IMG/VR virus record: IMGVR_UViG_3300034894_000031
Span: 1-44,583 of that record
DNA length: 44,583 bases
Direction: 5' to 3' (one strand)
Source: a virus
Taxonomy: Duplodnaviria > Caudoviricetes
Shown one piece after another: positions 37,569 to 44,583 of this stretch (position 1 is the first letter of the stretch; each line of letters opens with the position of its first letter). The notes under the pieces were generated by a model. The model searched no databases. It was given only the letters and a program-made list of their open reading frames with translations, and had not been told where the DNA came from. The position numbers and the translations under genes are program-made.

Positions 37569-37603
37569 TTGTCAGCTCCTCGTTAATTTATTTCCCGGCG
37601 AAC

Positions 37604-37834
37604 TCATTCGCCCTTGACCATATAGTCAGCTTTGACCAGAACCATATTGACTTTGCGTGCCTTCTCGTGCCGGCCAGAGTAATTATGCTGGCGGTATTTC
37701 AGCGACATTTTCAGCAAAGCTTTCTTACTCCATAGGATGTTCGGCACCTGGACGTCTAGCAAGTCTTTGGCTTCGTCCGGATTGCCTTCCTCTTTGTCTA
37801 CGATGCAATACTCGAGTACCAATACTACTTTCAT
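37604..37834 (-). CDS. Hypothetical protein
   Basis: GAGGT RBS; ATGA overlap with the upstream gene. Confidence 0.6.
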   Translation of the reverse strand: MKVVLVLEYCIVDKEEGNPDEAKDLLDVQVPNILWSKKALLKMSLKYRQHNYSGRHEKARKVNMVLVKADYMVKGE

Positions 37835-38004
37835 TCGATTACCTCACTCAATTTTATTTGTGTTGCCATTGCTTTCCTAGTCGCCTTCTTGCCCTGGTTA
37901 ACCCTGATCTTATAGTGACACCAGCCGGGACAGTCACACCTGTCGCCATCCTTCGGGTGTCCCCACTGGCATGAACCTGAGTATGTGCATTTATTTATGA
38001 GCAT
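37831..38004 (-). CDS. 57-aa Cys-rich protein (MLINKCTYSGSCQWGH...)
   Basis: Fills the gap between two minus-strand genes; 5 Cys. Confidence 0.55.
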   Translation of the reverse strand: MLINKCTYSGSCQWGHPKDGDRCDCPGWCHYKIRVNQGKKATRKAMATQIKLSEVIE

Positions 38005-38006
38005 GG

Positions 38007-38240
38007 TTAAACCTGATATTCCCGGCCTTGCATGTCAATAATCAGGAACGGTTCACTTGTAGAATAATCATGTCCCAAAACATGGGCATTCTTTTTGAAA
38101 GCCGTGTCTATTGTGGCGTTGATCTTGTCATCGATGGGTACTAACTCAAGCAGATGTTCAGCCTTATCTTTCGCCCCGTCGATGTTGCGTGCCTTAACCC
38201 TGATCTCTAATTTAGCGCCAAAGCAAACTGTATATTCCAT
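38007..38240 (-). CDS. Hypothetical protein, first gene of the leftward operon
   Basis: GAGGT RBS. Confidence 0.65.
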   Translation of the reverse strand: MEYTVCFGAKLEIRVKARNIDGAKDKAEHLLELVPIDDKINATIDTAFKKNAHVLGHDYSTSEPFLIIDMQGREYQV

Positions 38241-38356
38241 TTCTATTACCTCTCTCTTTATTTTTGTCCCCAGCCCCAGTGTCTCTATCCGGTGGCTGAT
38301 AGCCAGTGCCTTGATTGCCGTGTCTGCTAACGTCTCTTGTGGCTGAGGACATCATT

Positions 38357-38385
38357 AATTTAACAGTTATACAGTTTGCTGTCAA
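38357..38385 (-). promoter_or_regulatory. Leftward sigma70-like promoter
   Basis: Minus strand TTGACA-17 bp-TAAATT. Confidence 0.7.
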
Positions 38386-38449
38386 GTGACCAAACATTAC
38401 TAATCGTCACACATTTGAAAATATAGTACTAAAGTAATAGCCACGGTGA

Positions 38450-38900
38450 GAGTTACGTTCCCGTAGCTTCAACCACAAATCTCAACCCCGGCCCTTACGA
38501 TGCCCGCCACGTTCCGCCACGTTCGCGGATTCACCCCAGCCCCCGGCCCCACGTTCAACCTTTACGTTCCCACACGTTCCACTAAAAAAACGTTGCATAT
38601 ATAATAAACAAATAAGCTAATCTAATCAGGTAAAAGAAAAAAACCGTATCTAAATATCCTACAAGAGCTTCGGTCTAGGGCGGTCGCGCCGCTCTGAGAA
38701 CTCAATAACAAAGGAAGTTTTGCGAACCAAAACCTTACGTTCAGCGCACGTTCACTTTACGATTAGAACGTAATAGCTTCAGAACGTAAAAGACTGGGTT
38801 TTAAATTTGTACGAACCATGTGTCTGAGACTACGTAGCTTCACGCTTTAGGTTCGCACAACGGACAATTTGCGAACCATAACCCGCCCGGTAGCTTCAGA
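38450..38900. repeat. Non-coding cluster of short repeated motifs
   Basis: ACGTTC x8 plus 2 inverted copies, TAGCTTCA x4, CGAACCA x3, two hairpins. Confidence 0.8.
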
Positions 38901-39119
38901 TGGTCCCGGCACCGGGCAAAATCGCAGAATTGAACAGGGGGGTATATCTGAACTCGCTCTTCCAATTTATAAAAAGGTAGTTCATCCACGCGTTATTCGG
39001 TTTTCGGTTAGACAGTTTTGCAGTTAAACAGATGAGTGAGTGAATAGGTAAGGAAAAAATCGTAAAAATAGGTGCTGAGGTTGACATTGAGGCTGAGAAA
39101 ATGAAATTATAAAAGGGAG

Positions 39120-39746
39120 ATGGCAAAGAAGGTCAAGAAAGCGGTGAGTAGGCCGAGTCGAAGGTATGCGACGGGGCGGAAGCCGAATTTGGAGAGCCGG
39201 CGGGTACAGGCTGTAGGGCGGCTGAAAAGCCGGGTGCCGGATCTGGTTGACGAACTGATATCTCAGGCGCTGCCGCAAGCCGTAAAAATCAGGTGTCCGA
39301 AATGCAAATGTGATTTTGACGCGCCTTTGCCGGGCAGGGGTGACAAAACGGTGCTGATGGATTTGCTAAACCGGATCATGGGGAAGAACGGGAACATAGC
39401 GGATCTGGGGTCGGAGCTGAGCAATGCGCAACTGAACGATTTGTTCCGCCGGGTCGTGGCCGGGCGGAATTTCAAATGGGACATGGACGAGGCAAAGAAG
39501 GCCTTTGACGCGGTAAAGAACCCGTTGCCGCCTGGAAGCGCCGGTTTGCCGGGCGTCGAGGCATTGCCGGGGACCGCGGCGCCGTTGCCGCCGAAACCGG
39601 GAGACGGGACTGCGGTACCGCCGAGAAAATTGCCGCCGGGCCCAGCCATGGATCCCCGGGTTGAGGCCGAAAATATCCGGGAAGGCCTTGAGAGGACCAG
39701 GCCGAAGCTCAACGGCGAAGAGTATGTGGAGATAACGTCGTGGTGA
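39120..39746 (+). CDS. Probable terminase small subunit
   Basis: Basic N-terminus with GRKP; GDK..L..LLNRIMGK pattern; first gene of the packaging operon. Confidence 0.55.
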   Translation: MAKKVKKAVSRPSRRYATGRKPNLESRRVQAVGRLKSRVPDLVDELISQALPQAVKIRCPKCKCDFDAPLPGRGDKTVLMDLLNRIMGKNGNIADLGSELSNAQLNDLFRRVVAGRNFKWDMDEAKKAFDAVKNPLPPGSAGLPGVEALPGTAAPLPPKPGDGTAVPPRKLPPGPAMDPRVEAENIREGLERTRPKLNGEEYVEITSW

Positions 39747-40024
39747 CGGAATACAAAACCGAAAAAGATCCCGTAAATCTTGGTTCCTATCATGATAAGG
39801 GATGCCGATTGCACGCGTCGTGTTTGAAATGCCCGGAACAAAAATGCATTCTTGAAACCAGAGGTGCATTACGAATCAGGCGTCAGGAAGAAAGGGCAGA
39901 TCGGTTTTACCGCTTGAAGGTTGAGGGTAAGACTTTTCAGCAAATTGCTGATGAAAATGGTGTCAGTATCAGGACTGTCCAAAGGGAATTTGCGAGATTT
40001 ACAAGTGATAAATATGCCAAATAA
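39740..40024 (+). CDS. HTH DNA-binding protein with N-terminal Cys cluster
   Basis: GC...SCLKCP..C; GKTFQQIADENGVSIRTVQR. Confidence 0.85.
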   Translation: MVTEYKTEKDPVNLGSYHDKGCRLHASCLKCPEQKCILETRGALRIRRQEERADRFYRLKVEGKTFQQIADENGVSIRTVQREFARFTSDKYAK

Positions 40025-40130
40025 TATGCCAGACCAGATACGGAATTTGTTCAGTTTGCTTTTTTGCGCAGGTTGCGGAATTTATCATGTTAACTATGGC
40101 GCACATTTTGGTAGGATTTGTAAAGTATGA
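40014..40130 (+). CDS. 38-aa possible Zn-binding peptide
   Basis: CAGC..H..C; ATGA overlap with the HNH gene. Confidence 0.35.
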   Translation: MPNNMPDQIRNLFSLLFCAGCGIYHVNYGAHFGRICKV

Positions 40131-40474
40131 TAGACCAGAAGCAAAAAGACCGCTATTTGAGTTCCGCTGAGGTCAAAGAGCATGACTCTTCATTGCTGGT
40201 CACCGTCAATGGCAAGACTGTCAAGGTCAAGAAGTTCTGGCTGAGGATACCGCGTTTCAAGCGGGTGGTTTATATCCGGGACAACTTCACCTGCCGGCAT
40301 TGCGGCTATGCGCCGTTCACCACTAACGCAGACGGCATCCAAATTCCTGACCTCAAACAATTAGAATGCGACCATATCACGCCGATCTCCAAGGGCGGAG
40401 AGACGGTTCTGGATAATTTGCAGACGCTCTGTAAAATATGCAACCGAAGGAAAGGTGATACATGGATAGGGTAG
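40127..40474 (+). CDS. HNH endonuclease (McrA-like) in the packaging module
   Basis: RDNFTCRHCG, ECDHITPISKGG, NLQTLCKICN. Confidence 0.92.
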   Translation: MIDQKQKDRYLSSAEVKEHDSSLLVTVNGKTVKVKKFWLRIPRFKRVVYIRDNFTCRHCGYAPFTTNADGIQIPDLKQLECDHITPISKGGETVLDNLQTLCKICNRRKGDTWIG

Positions 40475-40683
40475 AAGTGGAATCCAGCAACATCGCGTCG
40501 ATAGGGTATGACCCGGCTAGCATGATCCTCGAGATTGAGTTCAAGGGCAAGTTCCGCAACACGGTTTACCAGTATCCGGGAGTCCCGGAGAGTCTGCATC
40601 AGGCGCTGATGGCTGCGGAATCAAAAGGTCAATATTTCGGCCAGAATATAAAGCCGTTTTATGGATTTATTAAACAGGAGTAA
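40462..40683 (+). CDS. KTSC domain protein
   Basis: VESSNIASIGYD...LEIEF...YQY.GVP...L..AESKGQYF. Confidence 0.92.
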   Translation: MDRVEVESSNIASIGYDPASMILEIEFKGKFRNTVYQYPGVPESLHQALMAAESKGQYFGQNIKPFYGFIKQE

Positions 40684-40691
40684 GTGAGAAA

Positions 40692-41075
40692 ATGACAGAC
40701 GAAAAAGCAAACAACCCTACAGAAGAAATGGAAATCTACCGCGCATTCAAATGTCCTCAGTGTGGAACTGAGGAACCTCTTTTCGAAGGCCTGGTAAACG
40801 AGGAAAAAGAAGCCGGCAGGTACCCCAAAGAGGAAATGCCGGGCTACAAAACCGAGACACTGCCCATTCACAGCCAAAAAGTCGAGCCGAAGGTGGGCGA
40901 ACAGGTCATGCTGGCTGTGGTGGTCCGCGATATCTGCGGCAAATGCGGCAAGGAATACGTCATCAGGGTCCGAAGGAAGTTGGTACCGGTGGTCATGCGT
41001 AACCCGCAGGTCACCAAGCCGCTATATGTACCCGGAAATGGTCAGAGGCTTAATTTTCCGAAAGTAAGAGGATAA
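40692..41075 (+). CDS. Zinc-ribbon protein
   Basis: CPQCG...CGKCG; AGGAG RBS. Confidence 0.7.
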   Translation: MTDEKANNPTEEMEIYRAFKCPQCGTEEPLFEGLVNEEKEAGRYPKEEMPGYKTETLPIHSQKVEPKVGEQVMLAVVVRDICGKCGKEYVIRVRRKLVPVVMRNPQVTKPLYVPGNGQRLNFPKVRG

Positions 41076-41078
41076 AAT

Positions 41079-42521
41079 TTGGTTGAACTGGTTATAAAAA
41101 GAGAAAATCTCACGGTTTCGCAACAATTCAGTCGGTATGTCGAGGCAATTGGCGACGAAATCAACTGGTTTAACTATGTCCAGATAAAAGACTTCACCAG
41201 CGGTGCTATCATCCCGTTTGAGATGTGGCCTCATTTAAGATATCAGCTTATCCTCGCCCACTATTACCCTCAATTGTGCGTCCTCAAGTCAAAGCAGGTG
41301 GGCGATTCCTGGTTGTGGGCCGGGCATGCCCTGTATAAGTGCGGCAAAGGCGTGGCCAACGTCCTCGAGTTCTCCAAGGGCGAGGACGACGCGGCGGATC
41401 TGCTGGACAAGAGCCGGTTTATCAATTCCAAGATGCCCAACTGGTTGCAACTGCGTACCGGGAAGGACGGCGCCGAGATGATTACCTTCCCAGACGTCCA
41501 GAGCCGAATCATGGCCTTCCCGTCGACCGAAGACGCCGGCGCCGGGCAAACCGCTTCCCTTGTACTCAGGGACGAAAACGACTTCCACCGCTGCGCCGAT
41601 GAGAACTTTGAAAACGTAAAGCCTACCGTCGACGCCGGCGCCCAGATAATAGACTTCTCCACTTCCCGGCGCGCCAAACAGAACACCCATTTCAAGAATA
41701 ATTTCCGCAAGGCATTGGCCAGCGAGAATAACTATAAGGCAGTTTTCATTCCCTGGTATTATCGACCCGGTCGTGACGCCGCTTGGTACTACAAGACCAT
41801 GCGGGACTATTATCCGATCTGGCGCTTTTTGCAGAACTATCCCACGACAATCGATGAGGCGCTGGGTGCTATTGCCGGCCGCGGGCTGATCGACGCCACC
41901 AAGATCGACGAGCTTAACGGGTTCGCCCGAGAGCCGTCGTTCTACAACGGCCCGGCCATGATATTCAGGTGGCCGAATCCGAACTGGCATTATTATGCCG
42001 GCGGCGATGCCTCTGAGGGCAGGGGTGGCGATTACCAGGTGCTTTGGATTGAAGGGACGGATGGCCAGAACCGGGAACTTGTGGCCTTGATACATACCAA
42101 CAACCTCACTTATGACCTGTTCGCGTTTACCGCGTACTCACTTCTCACCCAATATGGCCGTCCGCTCCTGGTAATGGGCAACGATGCATGGGGCGGCATG
42201 GTCCTCGAGGCACTGGCCAAGCTGGGATACAACGAGCAGATTTACAATTCGGATGAGAAAGGTGACAAGCTGGGCTACACTGAGGACAAAAAGAACAAAC
42301 AACAAAACTTCGCCCGGTTCGGCATAACCGTCCGGGACGGCCTCAAGGTGCCTTATCGGGAAGCCATCAACGAGATGGCGGCAATGGCACTCAATGACGA
42401 GGGCTTTTATGAGTCAACCGCCGCGCACGACGACCTTGTTGTCGCCGCTGCCAAAGCGACGCTGGCATTTAATATAATGGGCGGGGTTCAGGATGCGGTG
42501 ACGAGCCAAGATTTTTCTTAA
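41079..42521 (+). CDS. terL: Terminase large subunit
   Basis: VLKSKQVGDS (Walker A-like), LVLRDE (Walker B), FIPW, GGDASEGRGGD, HDDLV. Confidence 0.9.
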   Translation: MVELVIKRENLTVSQQFSRYVEAIGDEINWFNYVQIKDFTSGAIIPFEMWPHLRYQLILAHYYPQLCVLKSKQVGDSWLWAGHALYKCGKGVANVLEFSKGEDDAADLLDKSRFINSKMPNWLQLRTGKDGAEMITFPDVQSRIMAFPSTEDAGAGQTASLVLRDENDFHRCADENFENVKPTVDAGAQIIDFSTSRRAKQNTHFKNNFRKALASENNYKAVFIPWYYRPGRDAAWYYKTMRDYYPIWRFLQNYPTTIDEALGAIAGRGLIDATKIDELNGFAREPSFYNGPAMIFRWPNPNWHYYAGGDASEGRGGDYQVLWIEGTDGQNRELVALIHTNNLTYDLFAFTAYSLLTQYGRPLLVMGNDAWGGMVLEALAKLGYNEQIYNSDEKGDKLGYTEDKKNKQQNFARFGITVRDGLKVPYREAINEMAAMALNDEGFYESTAAHDDLVVAAAKATLAFNIMGGVQDAVTSQDFS

Positions 42522-42534
42522 AGGAGAGTGAAAC

Positions 42535-44292
42535 ATGCCGACATCATCTGCTTTAGCACCCGAAGTCACCATCGACGCGGTCAAAGCCAAAGCGCAATCT
42601 CCCGGCTTCGTGGCGCTGAATAAACGTTACGTTGTCGATCAAGGTCTTTACTACCTCAACGATTTTGTCATGCAAGACAAAAACAAAGAGCCTATGCCCA
42701 ATGTAATGAACGTTACCACCAACGACCCGGGGACGCTGGCTGACCGCTGCGTGGCTACCCTGCAGACGGCAAAGAGCCGCATGGAGATTATTGGGGAGAT
42801 CGAGAAGTCTCAGTCTTCCGAATTGGAGAAATACCATAAACAGACCTTCAACAATAATGACGAGACCCTGTCATGGAAATACATCGAGCCGCTCAAGTTT
42901 TCGGTGAACTGGTATGACTGCGTCCGGGGGTCCTCGATAGTCCGGACATTATTTTACTATGACAGCATCACCGGCGACATGCTACCCGAGTTCATGCCGA
43001 TCGACCCCTGGAACTCTTATTGGGATGTCGATAAGGCCGGTTTGAAATGGGGATCATACGAGTTGCTTTATTCAAAATCCGACTGCCTTGAACTTTTCGA
43101 TATCAAGATTGAAGGCGATTCCAGTCTTGCTACTGAGATATGGACACGGAACCAGTGGATTGTTTACGCCGGAGAAAAGAAAAAACCTTTCGTTTTTGAC
43201 CACAATTTCGGTGAAGTGCCGCTGACCATCGTGCCGGTCCAGGGGAAGCCATGGACCAATGACGGTACCGGCGTTTCCTCTCAGGGAGAAAGTATCTACC
43301 GCTTGAACCGCAAACTTTACCCCATACTCAATGACCTCGTATCGGTCTGGGCTACGTCTCATAAGGCCGAGATAATGGGCCCGTTGGCATTTGTAAGTCC
43401 GACCGGACGTAAATTGAAAGGACGCCCCTATGGTCTGGGCATTATCGTAAATCTCCAGAAGGGCGAACAGTTCGTTCCCATCCCGGTGAAAGAGATCGGA
43501 CAGTCCGGACAGGCCTTGTTTGGCCAGTATTCGGCCTGGTTGCAACGTGGTGGCCTCAGCAATACCGAGTACGGTGAGGCCAGCTTTGACTACAGTGCCG
43601 TCGCCCTGGCAAAGTTGGGAGAGGCCAAAGACCAGATATTCAATCCCCGGCTGGATGCCCTGGCTGCTCAATATCGCGGCGCCATGCGCCATCTTCGCCT
43701 TCAATACATGAAGGGCGGATTCAAACAAGATCGACTCAGCGACCGTGAACGGGAACTCTGCATGACGGTGCCGGGTGACCTGATTGCCAAGAAGGTTTTC
43801 GTCGGCGTGACTTTCCATGCCGTCTACCCCGAGCAGAACATCGCCAACATCGCGGTGGCTCAGGCTCAGACGACCTGGTACAGCGATGAGACCATTCTCG
43901 AGAAGACCTTCAAGGAAGAGGATGTACCTGGCGAAATCCGCAAGAAGCTACGCGAGAGTGCCCGGAGAGAACTGCCTACATTCAGGCACCTGGAGTATGC
44001 CCTCAACCTTGCACCCGAAAGGACGTTGAGTGAGGCCGAAAGGGATTCCTTGCTGGCCGCTGCGGTGTGGTATGAGATTGAAAAAGAGACCGGCGGCGCT
44101 ATCCAGGCACCAAAGGCTTTGGCCGGGCAGACTGCCCAGCTTAAAGAGAAACCGAGCCAGCCGCGTCCCGGGCTCACCGGTCCCAGACTTCCCCAGATCC
44201 CGGAACTCCATAGCAACAACCTCGAGAGCAAGAGGAAGGGAATAAGTCAGTCCAAGCAAGGACAACAGGAGATCGAAAATGCCAGACAGTAA
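42535..44292 (+). CDS. Portal protein
   Basis: 585 aa directly after terL; PIDP, HNFGEVPL, GESIY, SAVAL motifs. Confidence 0.8.
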   Translation: MPTSSALAPEVTIDAVKAKAQSPGFVALNKRYVVDQGLYYLNDFVMQDKNKEPMPNVMNVTTNDPGTLADRCVATLQTAKSRMEIIGEIEKSQSSELEKYHKQTFNNNDETLSWKYIEPLKFSVNWYDCVRGSSIVRTLFYYDSITGDMLPEFMPIDPWNSYWDVDKAGLKWGSYELLYSKSDCLELFDIKIEGDSSLATEIWTRNQWIVYAGEKKKPFVFDHNFGEVPLTIVPVQGKPWTNDGTGVSSQGESIYRLNRKLYPILNDLVSVWATSHKAEIMGPLAFVSPTGRKLKGRPYGLGIIVNLQKGEQFVPIPVKEIGQSGQALFGQYSAWLQRGGLSNTEYGEASFDYSAVALAKLGEAKDQIFNPRLDALAAQYRGAMRHLRLQYMKGGFKQDRLSDRERELCMTVPGDLIAKKVFVGVTFHAVYPEQNIANIAVAQAQTTWYSDETILEKTFKEEDVPGEIRKKLRESARRELPTFRHLEYALNLAPERTLSEAERDSLLAAAVWYEIEKETGGAIQAPKALAGQTAQLKEKPSQPRPGLTGPRLPQIPELHSNNLESKRKGISQSKQGQQEIENARQ

Positions 44293-44470
44293 AGAAGGAC
44301 AAAAGCCTATTAAACTCATCAGTGACCGGGACATCGGCCTCAAGGCGATGAGAATTTTCGGTATGGATACCGAAGAGCCTGCGCTTCCCGAGACCTTGAA
44401 GTTTCTGGGAAACAAAAAGGTTAATCCAGCAAACACTCCATTTGCTGGATCCAATGAACCTATGCTCTAA
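44279..44470 (+). CDS. Hypothetical protein
   Basis: AGGAG RBS; its stop lies 1 nt before the zinc-ribbon gene across the circular junction. Confidence 0.55.
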   Translation: MPDSKEGQKPIKLISDRDIGLKAMRIFGMDTEEPALPETLKFLGNKKVNPANTPFAGSNEPML

Positions 44471-44583
44471 AATGAAAAACAAGAAATCGATGAAGAAAGA
44501 TTTAAAGTCAAAACCGAAAACCACAGTTCCCCGGTATTTGCCTTATTGTCCAAAATGCCACCTATGGATTGATACGTGGAAAG
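44457..44583. repeat. Terminal direct repeat, right copy
   Basis: Identical to 1-127. Confidence 0.97.

Noticed and set aside
39081-39113. Promoter for terS (TTGACA…TATAAA)
   Set aside because: Spacing is 21 bp, too long for a standard sigma70 promoter; not called.
38400-39119. tRNA or known ncRNA, and small ORFs 38896-39126 / 39024-39278
   Set aside because: No cloverleaf or T-loop context around the GTTC motifs; the ORFs lack an RBS and credible composition.
44457-44583. 127-bp terminal repeat as a biological DTR
   Set aside because: The length equals a common assembly k-mer and it falls across coding genes; it shows circularity or terminal redundancy, not the real ends.

Overview
Apparently complete circular dsDNA tailed-phage genome of about 44,456 bp; bases 1-127 are repeated exactly at 44457-44583, which looks like an assembly overlap. 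Almost all genes are on the + strand. The order is: small terminase candidate, large terminase, portal (39-44 kb), then across the junction a 2088-aa putative internal virion protein, scaffold, major capsid, decoration and adaptor proteins, two paralogous tail proteins and a fibre. A lysis-like block follows with small membrane proteins and up to three peptidase candidates. The recombination/replication/modification arm has a PD-(D/E)XK nuclease, DUF5131-like and radical SAM proteins, ASCH, an N4/N6 MTase, an iteron-bearing initiator, a C5 MTase, DnaB and RusA; five HNH genes are spread over the genome. A short minus-strand operon (hexapeptide-repeat protein, RHH regulator) and a motif-dense non-coding region lie at 36.6-39.1 kb. 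I recognised no tape measure, sheath, integrase, DNA polymerase, tRNA or CRISPR array, so a podovirus-like phage is inferred. The most unusual items are (1) a C5 methyltransferase gene coded in all three forward frames, whose 654-bp HNH insertion keeps the MTase frame open, and (2) a protease-rich lysis block including a cassette flanked by 15-bp direct repeats. All product calls come from motif recognition by eye; no database searches were run.
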